DNA of 47,404 bases, taken from NCBI GenBank assembly GCA_902796055.1, contig CADBNM010000073.1:1-47404 (forward strand), written 5' to 3'. Below are positions 7,769 through 18,867 of this stretch, piece after piece. The stretch is from Oscillospiraceae bacterium. Its GTDB lineage: Bacteria; Bacillota; Clostridia; Oscillospirales; Acutalibacteraceae. The position numbers and the translations under genes are program-made. The notes under the pieces are model-generated. The model saw nothing but the letters and a program-made list of their open reading frames with translations. It had not been told where the DNA came from and made no database searches. The stretch's first letter is position 1. The number at the start of each line of letters is the position of its first letter.

Positions 7769-10216
7769 ATGAGACATCGCGATATTATCGAAAAAATGAG
7801 TTTGGAAGAAAAGGCTCGCTTCGTTTCTGGTCTTGATTATTGGCACCTTGAAGGCGACGAGGATTTGGGGCTTCCTTCCATTCAGGTTACCGACGGACCT
7901 CACGGACTTCGCAAGCAGGATCCCGACAATAAGACCGTCGGTCTCGGCGGCTCTTTCCCAGCAACCTGCTTCCCGCCCGCTTCGCTTTCTGCCTGCTCTT
8001 GGGATCCCGAGCTGCTCGAGGAAGAGGGAGAGGCGCTTGCAGAGGAATGCTTGCAGGAAAAGGTTTCCGTCATTTTAGGACCCGGCACAAACATTAAGCG
8101 TGCGCCCACCTGCGGCAGAAATTTTGAGTATTTTTCCGAGGACCCCTATCTTGCAGGAAAAATGGCTGCGGGACTTATCAAGGGTGTTCAGTCTAAGGGC
8201 ATAGGTACATCGCTCAAGCACTTTGCGGCTAACAGCCAAGAGGCTTACAGAATGACTATAAACGAGGTTATAGACGAAAGAACGCTGCGCGAGATTTATC
8301 TTCCCGCATTTGAAATCGCCATTAAAGAGTCGCAGCCGTGGACGGTTATGAATTCCTATAACAGAATTAACGGCGTTTACGCTTCTCAGAACAAATGGCT
8401 GCTTGACACTGTTGCCCGTAAGGAATGGGGCTTTGAGGGTTTGTTTGTAACAGACTGGGGCGCTTCTGTTGACAGAATTCCCGGTCTTAAAGCTGGCACA
8501 GATATTGAGATGCCCTCAAGCGGTACGGATAACGATAAAATCATTATCAAAGCCATCGAATTAGGCAAGCTTGATGAAGCGGTGCTTGATGAAAGAGTTG
8601 ATAATATCATTGACTTGATTCTCAAATCCAAGCCCGCACTTGAAAACGAGTTTAAGTATGATATGGACGCTCATCATGCGCTTGCGGCTAAGGTTGCGGA
8701 GAACTCAATGCAGCTGCTTAAAAACGACGATAATCTTCTTCCGCTTAAAGAGGGGCAAAAGGTTGCGGTAATCGGCGAAATGGCTGTAAATCCGCGTTAT
8801 CAGGGTGCAGGCTCCTCCGTTATTAATCCCACAAAGATGGATAATGCTTTTGAAAACCTGCAGAAGCTCGGCGTTGATGTTTCTTACGCTAAGGGCTACA
8901 GAAAAGAAAAAGATGTTATGGAAAACTCTCTTTTTGTTGAGGCAATTAACCTTGCAAGAGAGGCTGATGTTGTGATTGTTTTTGCAGGACTTACCGAGGC
9001 GTTTGAAGGCGAGGGCTATGATAGAAAGAATATCAATATGCCTTCCGTTCAAAACAGGCTTATCTCCGAGATTTGCCGCGTGAACAAAAATGTCGCTGTT
9101 GTTCTTGCAGGCGGCTCCGTTGTTCGTATGCCGTGGGCGCATAAGGTTAAGGCTATACTTAACTCGGGACTTGGCGGTCAGGCAGGCGGTATTGCTGTTG
9201 CAAATATTTTAACGGGTAAGGTTAACCCGTCCGGTAAGACTACCGAAACATATATTAAGGATTATAAGGACAACCCGACTTACGGCAACTATCCTTCAAT
9301 GGCTCAGACCTCCGAGCATAGAGAATCGGTATTTATCGGCTACAGATATTATGATAAGACCAACAAAAATGTTGTATTCCCGTTCGGTCACGGTCTTTCT
9401 TACACTACCTTTAAATATTCGGCGCTTAAGCTTTCCTCTTCGGCTATAAAAGATACCGATGAAGTTACTGTAACTTTCAAAATTAAGAACACCGGCAAGG
9501 TAGCGGGTGCTGAAATTGCTCAGGTTTATGTTGCCGATAAGAAGTCAACTATTTTCAGACCTGAAAAAGAGCTTAAGGGGTTCAAGAAGGTATATCTTGA
9601 AGCAGGCGAGGAAAAGGAAATCAGCCTCACTCTTGATAAGCGTGCTTTTGCTTTCTACAATATCAACATTCACGATTGGTGCGTTGAAAGCGGCGACTTT
9701 GAAATACTTGTAGGCGCGTCCTCAAGAGACTTGAAGCTTAAAGCAAGGTTGAGAGTTAAATCAACCGTTGATTGCGAAATTCCCGATTATTCCAAAACCG
9801 CTCCCAATTATTATAACGATGTTACTGCTATCACGAGGGAAGATTTTGAAGTTCTTTACGGCAGAAAGCTTCCGAGCCCCGTTAGAGATAAGAACAAGAG
9901 AATTGATAAGTATTGCTGTCTTGACGACGCAAGAGACACAAAGTGGGGCGGCAGAATTTGCGAGCTTATCAATAAGGCAATGTCGGGCATGGGCTCCGAC
10001 GCTAACGGAGACGGTGCAATGCTTGCCGCTATGGCAACGCAGATTCCAATGCACAACTTTGTTGCAATGAGTATGGGCGCTTTTACTCCGCAGATGCTCA
10101 ACGGACTTCTTAAACTTCTTAACGATGAAGAATCATCGGTAGACGGCGTTGCAAAGATTGTAGCGGGAATTCCCAATCTTGTCAAAAGAATTCCGGTACT
10201 TTTAAAATCAATTTAA
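7769..10216 (+). CDS. glycoside hydrolase family 3 beta-glucosidase (BglX-like) with Fn3-like domain and extra C-terminal tail
   Basis: GH3 hallmarks: SLEEKARFVSG, GPHGLRK, KHFAANSQE, VTDWGA. Start set to ATG 7769 (AAAGGAGA SD); the ORF-track start at 7670 lies in the promoter region. Confidence 0.93.
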   Translation: MRHRDIIEKMSLEEKARFVSGLDYWHLEGDEDLGLPSIQVTDGPHGLRKQDPDNKTVGLGGSFPATCFPPASLSACSWDPELLEEEGEALAEECLQEKVSVILGPGTNIKRAPTCGRNFEYFSEDPYLAGKMAAGLIKGVQSKGIGTSLKHFAANSQEAYRMTINEVIDERTLREIYLPAFEIAIKESQPWTVMNSYNRINGVYASQNKWLLDTVARKEWGFEGLFVTDWGASVDRIPGLKAGTDIEMPSSGTDNDKIIIKAIELGKLDEAVLDERVDNIIDLILKSKPALENEFKYDMDAHHALAAKVAENSMQLLKNDDNLLPLKEGQKVAVIGEMAVNPRYQGAGSSVINPTKMDNAFENLQKLGVDVSYAKGYRKEKDVMENSLFVEAINLAREADVVIVFAGLTEAFEGEGYDRKNINMPSVQNRLISEICRVNKNVAVVLAGGSVVRMPWAHKVKAILNSGLGGQAGGIAVANILTGKVNPSGKTTETYIKDYKDNPTYGNYPSMAQTSEHRESVFIGYRYYDKTNKNVVFPFGHGLSYTTFKYSALKLSSSAIKDTDEVTVTFKIKNTGKVAGAEIAQVYVADKKSTIFRPEKELKGFKKVYLEAGEEKEISLTLDKRAFAFYNINIHDWCVESGDFEILVGASSRDLKLKARLRVKSTVDCEIPDYSKTAPNYYNDVTAITREDFEVLYGRKLPSPVRDKNKRIDKYCCLDDARDTKWGGRICELINKAMSGMGSDANGDGAMLAAMATQIPMHNFVAMSMGAFTPQMLNGLLKLLNDEESSVDGVAKIVAGIPNLVKRIPVLLKSI

Positions 10217-10218
10217 TT

Positions 10219-10250
10219 AAAAGAAACGGCTTCTTTGCCGTTTCTTTTTT
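10219..10250 (+). terminator. Rho-independent terminator
   Basis: Stem gaaacggc / gccgtttc, then TTTTTT. Confidence 0.8.
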
Positions 10251-10258
10251 GGAGGATT

Positions 10259-11395
10259 ATGATTAAAAAAATTATTGAAAATAAAGAAAAAAAGGTTGAA
10301 TATATAGAACTTATTTATGATTTGATTTTTGTCTATATCATAGGCAGGAACAACTCGCTTTTACATAATATAACAGGCGGATTTTTTGATTTTTCGGCTT
10401 TTGCTTCTTATGTTTTTTGTACCCTCGCCGTTATCCAGATATGGACATTTACAACTTACTATATCAATGTTTACGGTAAAAAGAGCATAAGAGAGCATAT
10501 CAGCCTTTTTATAAATATGTTCTTGTTATATTTTATGGCGCAGGGAACAGGCGAGCATTGGCGCGATTATGTTGTGCAGTACCATATTGCGTGGGCGCTC
10601 ATTCTTGTAAATATAGGAATTCAGTATCTTTTTGAATACTTTAATCATACCGAGCCTGTTCATAAAAAACGAAGCGCAACAATGGCGACTATTCTCTTCT
10701 GCGAGGCAGTTGCGGTTATCCTTTCGCTCGTTGTTTACAGTTTCACATCGCTTACTTATATTTCTATCGGCGCGATTTTATTAGGCGTAACGGCGGTTGT
10801 TATTTCTTCAAAACATAATTGTTCGGCGGTGGTTGATTTTGCGCACCTTTCGGAGCGCATAATGCTCTATGTTGTGTTCACTTTCGGAGAAATGATTATA
10901 GCCGGCGCCTCATATTTTGAAGGAAAAATGAGTTTTAGCAGCGTTTATTTTGCTTTGATGGCATTTCTCATTGTCGCAGGCTTGTTTTTGAGTTACGGAA
11001 TTTTCTATGACAATATCATAAACAAAGAAATGCAAACTAACGGTATAGCGTATATGATTAGCCACATTGTAATTATTTTTGCGCTTAATAATATCACTTC
11101 TTCGCTTGAATTTATGCGTGATGAAGAAGTGGCGCTCATTCCTAAAATTTCATTTCTGATTATTTCTTTTACTCTTTATTATATTTTCCTTTTCATAAGC
11201 GGCGTGTTTGCAAATAAAAAGGGCAAAGCGGATAAAAGACTGCTTATAGTTATAGCGGCAAGCAGCGTAATATTTAGTGCGCTAATGTTGATTTTGAGAA
11301 ATAATATGTATTTTAATATAGCGTTGAGCGTTGTTTATGTGTTCAGTCTGTTTTTGCTCACTTATTATATTGTAAAAAAGAAAAATAACGGATGA
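10259..11395 (+). CDS. LtrA-like (low temperature requirement A family) polytopic membrane protein
   Basis: N-terminal VEYIELIYDLIFVYIIGR resembles the LtrA-family signature, and the protein has many TM segments. ATG 10259 is preceded by GGAGG 10251-10255. Confidence 0.7.
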   Translation: MIKKIIENKEKKVEYIELIYDLIFVYIIGRNNSLLHNITGGFFDFSAFASYVFCTLAVIQIWTFTTYYINVYGKKSIREHISLFINMFLLYFMAQGTGEHWRDYVVQYHIAWALILVNIGIQYLFEYFNHTEPVHKKRSATMATILFCEAVAVILSLVVYSFTSLTYISIGAILLGVTAVVISSKHNCSAVVDFAHLSERIMLYVVFTFGEMIIAGASYFEGKMSFSSVYFALMAFLIVAGLFLSYGIFYDNIINKEMQTNGIAYMISHIVIIFALNNITSSLEFMRDEEVALIPKISFLIISFTLYYIFLFISGVFANKKGKADKRLLIVIAASSVIFSALMLILRNNMYFNIALSVVYVFSLFLLTYYIVKKKNNG

Positions 11396-11412
11396 ATCAT
11401 CCGTTATTTTTC
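11384..11412. terminator. Rho-independent terminator overlapping the stop codon
   Basis: Stem aataacggatg / catccgttatt, then a T-run. Confidence 0.75.
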
Positions 11413-11471
11413 TTTTTTGTGTGAGAGTAATTATATAAAGTGATTAATTCACCTTATTGAATAAATATATA

Positions 11472-11765
11472 TTAAGCAACTTCCTCAATAGCGGAAGAAT
11501 AATCAGCGCTTTTAATAACTCTCAGATTCGGGCGAAGGTCGCAGCCGAGTTCGCGCAGCTCTTTCTCCCTAAGCTCCTGTTCTCTCAAAAAGCGAGCCAT
11601 GCGAAGCTTCTCGCTCCTCTCGTTTTCCCTTTGCTTTTTGCTTATGGATTTTGCAAAAATCTTTTTGAGCAGCTTTCTTTCAAAAAGAGCGATTTTCTCT
11701 TCAAAAATAAAAGCTACTATAAAAGCTACGCCTATAATTAATTCTATTGCAATTCTGGTTGTCAT
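11472..11765 (-). CDS. small single-pass membrane protein (97 aa), putatively SOS-regulated
   Basis: ATG 11765 with GGAGG SD (11779-11775). N-terminal TM segment IAIELIIGVAFIVAFIF, then a charged E/K/R-rich region. LexA-type box abuts the SD. Preferred over the overlapping + strand ORF 11457-11741, which has a TTG start and no SD. Confidence 0.65.
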   Translation of the reverse strand: MTTRIAIELIIGVAFIVAFIFEEKIALFERKLLKKIFAKSISKKQRENERSEKLRMARFLREQELREKELRELGCDLRPNLRVIKSADYSSAIEEVA

Positions 11766-11779
11766 TTTTCATTACCTCC

Positions 11780-11845
11780 CGAACATTTGTTCCTTTTACG
11801 CTTATATTATAGCACGAAAAAAGCATTTGTCAATACATTTGTTCG
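11780..11845 (-). promoter_or_regulatory. SOS-type promoter: TTGACA/TATAAT with two LexA (Cheo) boxes
   Basis: Minus strand: TTGACA (11833-11828), 16-nt spacer, TGcTATAAT (-10 at 11811-11806). Box 1 CGAACATTTGTTCC (11780-11793) lies between the -10 and the SD. Box 2 CGAACAAATGTATT (reverse complement of 11832-11845) overlaps the -35. Confidence 0.65.
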
Positions 11846-12059
11846 ATATTTTTCAAATTTTAGGTACTCAAAAAAGGACTTTGCACTCTTAAAACGCGAA
11901 TTTTGTTTGAAAAAACGCTCGTTTTCACTAAAAACAGGTGATTTTAAGCGAACAAATTAAGAAAAAAATCGAACAAAACCGAACAAATTATAGATTGTTG
12001 AAATAATGAATATAATATGGTATTATAATATTAATAAGAGAAGGGGAGAAAAAAGAAAA

Positions 12060-12371
12060 ATGGATGCATTTTCAAATACAGCAGGAATAATAGTTTTAGG
12101 CTTTGTTGCAATAGCCGCGGGATTTATACCGACATATATGGCGTTTTATAAAAAGAACGCAAACGCCGACTCCGTTTTAAAGTTCAACGCCGTATCTGTT
12201 TTAGGTATCGGCATTATCGGTATGGCACTCGGTCTGATTTTCCAATCTGCAGGCGTGAGCGATAAGGTATGGGCGCTGATAATTCTGATAATAATCGAGC
12301 TTGTCCGCCTCGTCGCGTGGATATACCTGCTAATAAAAACCGTCAAAGACGAGGACTTGTTTATATTCTAA
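12060..12371 (+). CDS. small hydrophobic membrane protein (103 aa, ~3 TM), unknown function
   Basis: ATG 12060 is preceded by AAGGGGAG. Hydrophobic segments GIIVLGFVAIAAGFI, VLGIGIIGMALGLIF and ALIILIIIELVRLVAWIYLLI. A terminator follows. Confidence 0.6.
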   Translation: MDAFSNTAGIIVLGFVAIAAGFIPTYMAFYKKNANADSVLKFNAVSVLGIGIIGMALGLIFQSAGVSDKVWALIILIIIELVRLVAWIYLLIKTVKDEDLFIF

Positions 12372-12407
12372 AAAAGAGGGGCTGTTTTTTTACAGCCCCT
12401 AATTTTA
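12372..12407 (+). terminator. Rho-independent terminator
   Basis: Stem aggggctgt / acagcccct, with a T-rich loop and tail. Confidence 0.75.
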
Positions 12408-12410
12408 ATG

Positions 12411-12683
12411 GGGGGTGCGAATGTGTCGCCCGGCAGCGCTGTGCGCTGAGTGATATTCGCCATCGGCGAGTGATATATTGCTACGCAATGTGATATTGTG
12501 CTTCGCACAGTAATATTCGATTTCTAAGAACTCGAGTTGAGGTGGCGGAACAAAGTTTCGCAATTTAAATCGGGTGAGGGCAGAGCCCTCCATTAACTTT
12601 TGCGAAGCGAAAACATCATTTGCGCTTTAGCGCATACATCATTACACAAACTGTAACATCACTTGCCGCAGGCAAACATCACT
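12411..12683. repeat. hairpin-array repeat family, copy B (two opposed arrays around a GC-hairpin core)
   Basis: Left array: 9-mers AGTGATATT / AGTGATATA / TGTGATATT / AGTAATATT at 12449, 12469, 12489 and 12509 (exact 20-nt phase), separated by 11-nt palindromes. Core AAATCGGGTGagggcagagccctCCATTAACTT at 12568-12599. Right array: AACATCATT / TACATCATT / AACATCACT / AACATCACT at 12612, 12635, 12655 and 12675. Confidence 0.85.
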
Positions 12684-12720
12684 AAAAACGGGTTGATACT
12701 TTGTACCAACCCGTTTTTTT
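12684..12720 (+). terminator. Rho-independent terminator abutting the hairpin array
   Basis: Stem acgggttg..ta / ta..caacccgt, followed by TTTTTTT. Confidence 0.75.
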
Positions 12721-12828
12721 ACGAGATTGCGAGAAAGCGAGATTAGCGGAAGTGCAAAAAACGCTGAACCGAGTTCAGCGTTTCTTTTTTTATTAGTCTG
12801 CACGGTTTTAGCCGCTTTATCACAATCT
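12721..12828 (-). repeat. terminator-associated mosaic repeat module in the yebC 3' region
   Basis: The minus strand reads GGCTAAAACCGTGCAGAC (reverse complement of 12796-12813), then a hairpin, then TTTTTGCACTTCCGCTAA (reverse complement of 12743-12760). The same blocks occur at 26831-26847 and 26953-26970. Confidence 0.7.
12755..12791. terminator. bidirectional Rho-independent terminator (yebC)
   Basis: Stem aacgctgaac / gttcagcgtt, flanked by A- and T-runs. Confidence 0.8.
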
Positions 12829-13560
12829 CTACTCTTCCCAGTTGTGCCAGATATTCTGCACATCATCGTTATCCTCAAACATATCGAGCATTTTCTGCAT
12901 TTTAACCTGATCGTCCTCGTTTTCAAGTTTTGTGTATGTCTGCGGAATGTACTGCACTTCTGCAACGGCGAATTTATAGCCCTTTTCTTCAAGTGCATCT
13001 CTCACTGTGCCGAGGTCGTTAGGCTCTGTGCGGATTTCAAAGATGCCCGCTTCTTCGCTTAAGAAGTCGGAAGCGCCTGCTTCGAGCGCGTCCTCCATAA
13101 CGGCTTCTTCATCGAGCTCTTCGTCCTCGTCCTCAATAACGATAACGCCGGCTCTGTCAAACATAAACGAAACGCAGCCGCTTGTTCCCATATTGCCGCC
13201 GAACTTGTCGAAATAATGGCGAACTTCGCCCGCAGTTCTGTTTCTGTTATCGGTAAGAGTTTCAACGATAACCGCTATGCCTGCAGGGCCGTAGCCCTCG
13301 TACATAATTTCTTCGTAGTTATTTGTATCGCCTTCGCCCGAAGCCTTTTTAATGATTCTTTGAATATTGTCATTAGGCACATTTGCAGCCTTTGCCTTAG
13401 CAATAACATCTTTCAACTTGGAGTTAGAGGCAGGGTCAGGACCTCCCATTTTAACTGCTACTGTAAGTTCTCTGCCGAATTTTGTAAAAATCTTGCCTCT
13501 TGCAGCATCGTTTGCGCCTTTTTTTCTTTTAATCGTGCTCCATTTATTATGGCCTGACAT
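12829..13560 (-). CDS. yebC: YebC/PmpR-family transcriptional regulator
   Basis: [27 protein letters not shown] is the canonical YebC N-terminus, at full length. GGAGG SD. Confidence 0.95.
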   Translation of the reverse strand: MSGHNKWSTIKRKKGANDAARGKIFTKFGRELTVAVKMGGPDPASNSKLKDVIAKAKAANVPNDNIQRIIKKASGEGDTNNYEEIMYEGYGPAGIAVIVETLTDNRNRTAGEVRHYFDKFGGNMGTSGCVSFMFDRAGVIVIEDEDEELDEEAVMEDALEAGASDFLSEEAGIFEIRTEPNDLGTVRDALEEKGYKFAVAEVQYIPQTYTKLENEDDQVKMQKMLDMFEDNDDVQNIWHNWEE

Positions 13561-13604
13561 AATATTACCTCCAATAAATTAAATACTCATATTAATATAA
13601 CACA

Positions 13605-14939
13605 TTATACTAAATTTCTCAACCCTTTAGGATAATGATTTTTCATTTGTCCGCCCGATACTTTTCCGAACCCGAGTGCGATTCCCTCGCAAAAAACAGC
13701 GCACCAGCCTTTATTTACATTAAAATCACTAACGGGTATTTCTTCACCGTGAAGAAATTTTAAAAGCAGGGGAGAGGATAAAGGCAAGTCTATATAGTTT
13801 TTACATTTGCCCATTTCAGCACAAGAAAAGAGGTTGTGGTGCGCAATGAAATTCTTTCCTCTTATCTCGCCTGCAAGAATTCCGGCTCTGATTATGTTAA
13901 TTCCTTCGGTTTTAGGCAAAAGTGAGGGTATTATGTATATGCGAGAGCCTGTATTTGTAATATTTTCGGGTACTTCGGTAGTAAATGTGCTCTCCCAAAA
14001 GTCGCGAAAAACAGGGGGGATTTTGTCGTAGGTAAAGCCTGAAAACTTTACATTTTGGGTGTATTCACCTTTACGGAACTTTACAATGAAGTGACCTTCG
14101 CCGCCATCAGCGGGAAAAATGCGTTTTGCCTGTTTTAGTCCGAATCCGTCGCGTCCAAAATGGTTTTTTATCTCCAAAATCTCAAATTCGGGGTGATTTT
14201 TCAAAAACCAAAGCGCGATTTCTTCATTTTCTTCCCTGTTAAAAGTGCAGGTTGAATAGGTGAGTTCACCGCCGGATTTTAGCATTTTCGCTGCATTATC
14301 TAAAATATTTTTCTGACGATTTACACATATAGAAATATTTTTCGTATTCCAATTATCGTATTCAGCCTTCTCTCGGCGCAACATTCCCTCGCCTGAGCAG
14401 GGCGCATCTACAAGTACCTTGTCAAAGAAGGCTTTAAGCGATTTTGCAAGTGCTTCGGGTGGGGAATTGCTGATTACAGCGTTTTTCACGCCTATTCTTT
14501 CCATATTTGAGAGCAGTGTAAAGCTTCTGGACTTTACATATTCGTTTGACCAAAGCAAACCGCTGTTTTTGAGTGAGTTTGCAAGCCCCACGCTTTTTCC
14601 GCCGGGTGCTGCGCACAGGTCAAGCACCTTTTCTCCTTCTTTTGCGTTAACAACGCTTGCAACACTCATCGCAGAAGGCTCTTGCAAGTAAAAAGCGCCT
14701 GCGTGGTGCAGTGGATTTATCCCTAATTTTTCTATATCACTATCAATATAGAAACCTGCGCCCGAAAAAGGTGTGTTTTTTAGCGCATACGGGAATAGCC
14801 TTTTAAAATTATCAATATCGCATTTTAAGGAGTTTACATACAGTCCTCTAAAGGCAGGCAAGTCCAAACTTTGCTCGAATTCGCCGTAGTTTTCGCCTAA
14901 AAGCGCTTTCATATTTTCCAAAAAATCTTTTTTACTCAT
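13605..14939 (-). CDS. RsmB/RsmF-family rRNA (cytosine-C5) methyltransferase (NOL1/NOP2/Sun) with C-terminal PUA-like region
   Basis: SAM motif DLCAAPGGKS and catalytic VDAPCSGEGMLRR. Confidence 0.9.
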   Translation of the reverse strand: MSKKDFLENMKALLGENYGEFEQSLDLPAFRGLYVNSLKCDIDNFKRLFPYALKNTPFSGAGFYIDSDIEKLGINPLHHAGAFYLQEPSAMSVASVVNAKEGEKVLDLCAAPGGKSVGLANSLKNSGLLWSNEYVKSRSFTLLSNMERIGVKNAVISNSPPEALAKSLKAFFDKVLVDAPCSGEGMLRREKAEYDNWNTKNISICVNRQKNILDNAAKMLKSGGELTYSTCTFNREENEEIALWFLKNHPEFEILEIKNHFGRDGFGLKQAKRIFPADGGEGHFIVKFRKGEYTQNVKFSGFTYDKIPPVFRDFWESTFTTEVPENITNTGSRIYIIPSLLPKTEGINIIRAGILAGEIRGKNFIAHHNLFSCAEMGKCKNYIDLPLSSPLLLKFLHGEEIPVSDFNVNKGWCAVFCEGIALGFGKVSGGQMKNHYPKGLRNLV

Positions 14940-15789
14940 AATTATTAAACCCGCGCCCTAATATTTCTCTTGCATCGACAAGGGTAATAAAGGCGTTCTC
15001 GTCATTTTCATAAATAACCTTGTATATTTTAGATATTTCGTTTGAGCGAACAGCGATAAACAGCATTGAGCGTGAGGCTTTCGTGTATGCGCCGATAACC
15101 GGCACTATGGTAACTCCGCGCTTAACATAACTGTTTATTCTTTCGCAGATAATATCTTTTTTGTCCGTCACAGCCAAAAGCAGTTTCCCGCTTTTTGAAC
15201 CGTAAATTATATAGTCAATAATATTTGCGGAAACAAATATCATAACCACCGAGTATAAAACGCTTTGCGCGCTCTTATAAACTATTGCCGACAGGGCTAT
15301 AACCAAGCCGTCAGCCGCCATAATAACTCTGCCTACGGAAATGTGCTTGAACCTCATTGAGACTAGCTTGGCAATAATGTCCGTGCCGCCCGTGCTTGCA
15401 CCTCTTATAAAAATAAGCGATAACCCTATCCCCGAAATAACGCCGCCTGCGAGCGCCGCAAGCACCGTGTCGCCTTTAAAGTGGGGAAGATAAGGCGCAG
15501 ATAAATCAATTAAAACCGACATTAGCGCAGTTGCTATAGCCGATTTAATTATAAACGCCTTGCCGATTATTTTGTAACCGATAATGAAAAGCGGCAAATT
15601 GAGCGCGAAAATGAGCGCGCCTACAGGCAAGCCGAAAAGATATTTAATTATTATCGCTATGCCCGAAAACCCGCCTATAACGAGTGAATTCGGTTCGATA
15701 AAGCAGTTTAGCGCCACCGAATAGACGGCGCACCCTGAAAGATAAAACAGAAAATCTATCGCTATTTCTTTTGCTCGCTTTTTTGGCAT
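14932..15789 (-). CDS. YitT-family membrane protein (DUF2179 C-terminal domain)
   Basis: Multi-TM N-terminus with GGFSGIAII / GGTDI motifs and a soluble C-terminal domain, typical of YitT. Confidence 0.85.
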   Translation of the reverse strand: MPKKRAKEIAIDFLFYLSGCAVYSVALNCFIEPNSLVIGGFSGIAIIIKYLFGLPVGALIFALNLPLFIIGYKIIGKAFIIKSAIATALMSVLIDLSAPYLPHFKGDTVLAALAGGVISGIGLSLIFIRGASTGGTDIIAKLVSMRFKHISVGRVIMAADGLVIALSAIVYKSAQSVLYSVVMIFVSANIIDYIIYGSKSGKLLLAVTDKKDIICERINSYVKRGVTIVPVIGAYTKASRSMLFIAVRSNEISKIYKVIYENDENAFITLVDAREILGRGFNNYE

Positions 15790-16166
15790 ATCAGGGAGTA
15801 AATCTCCTTTATTCTGTCATATTTGCGCGACAGATATAAATAGCCGAAGAGCGTTTCGAATCCCGTAGCGTAATGATAATCTCTTGAAGAAGCATTTTTT
15901 GGAGTGTGCGATGTTGCGGCATTTCTTCCGCGCTTAAAAACGCTGAGTTCTTCCTGCGTGAGATTATCCATAATGCTTTGTATCGCTTTGTATTGGCTTA
16001 CGGCGCTAACCCTGCCCGCGCAGATTTTATGTAGCTCATTTGCTTTTTTATCGCTTTCGAGCGCAAGCTCCTCGCGCACAATCAGGCTGTAAACCGCGTC
16101 GCCTACAAAAGCGAGCGTTATCGGGCTTAAATTGTCAGGATTAATTTTGGTATCGTCAAAAATCAT
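15762..16166 (-). CDS. mrnC: Mini-ribonuclease 3
   Basis: LAFVGDAVYSLIVRE RNase III-like signature; ~134 aa. Confidence 0.9.
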   Translation of the reverse strand: MIFDDTKINPDNLSPITLAFVGDAVYSLIVREELALESDKKANELHKICAGRVSAVSQYKAIQSIMDNLTQEELSVFKRGRNAATSHTPKNASSRDYHYATGFETLFGYLYLSRKYDRIKEIYSLICQKSEQKK

Positions 16167-16167
16167 A

Positions 16168-18556
<2,389 letters not shown>

Positions 18557-18557
<1 letters not shown>

Positions 18558-18802
18558 TAAAATCTTTTCATTTCCTTTCGGCATTTTTTGCAAACATTTT
18601 TGCCTTTAAAATCAGTTATATCATCTTCGCTGCCGCAGAAAATGCAGTTTGGCGCGTATTTTTTAAGAATTATTTTGTCGCCGTCGGTAAAAATTTCAAG
18701 GCTGTCCTTGTTGCTTACTATATTTAACTGCTTTCTGATTTCCATAGGCAAAACAATTCTGCCAACAGAATCAAGCGGTCTTACAATACCTGTAGATTTC
18801 AT
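18557..18802 (-). CDS. AbrB/SpoVT-family DNA-binding protein with C-terminal CxxC...CxxC tail
   Basis: GIVRPLDSVGRIVLPMEIRKQL swapped-hairpin motif. C-terminal CIFCGSEDD...NVCKKC. Confidence 0.85.
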
Positions 18803-18832
18803 AAAGACACTCCTTTGTAAAAATATGTAAAG

Positions 18833-18861
18833 ATTATAACAGCCTTGTCAAATTTTGTCAA
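18833..18861 (-). promoter_or_regulatory. sigma-A-type promoter for the abrB-like operon
   Basis: Minus strand: TTGACA (18861-18856), 17-nt spacer, TATAAT (18838-18833). Confidence 0.6.
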
Positions 18862-18867
18862 TCAATC

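Noticed and set aside
11457-11741. + strand 94-aa ORF overlapping the small membrane-protein gene
   Set aside because: It has a TTG start with no SD. The minus-strand ORF has GGAGG plus ATG, a consensus promoter and LexA boxes.
12405-12998. ORFs 12405-12593 (-), 12269-12493 (+), 12642-12998 (-) and 12727-13062 (+)
   Set aside because: They lie in the hairpin-array and terminator region, or antisense to or overlapping yebC. There is no translation signal.
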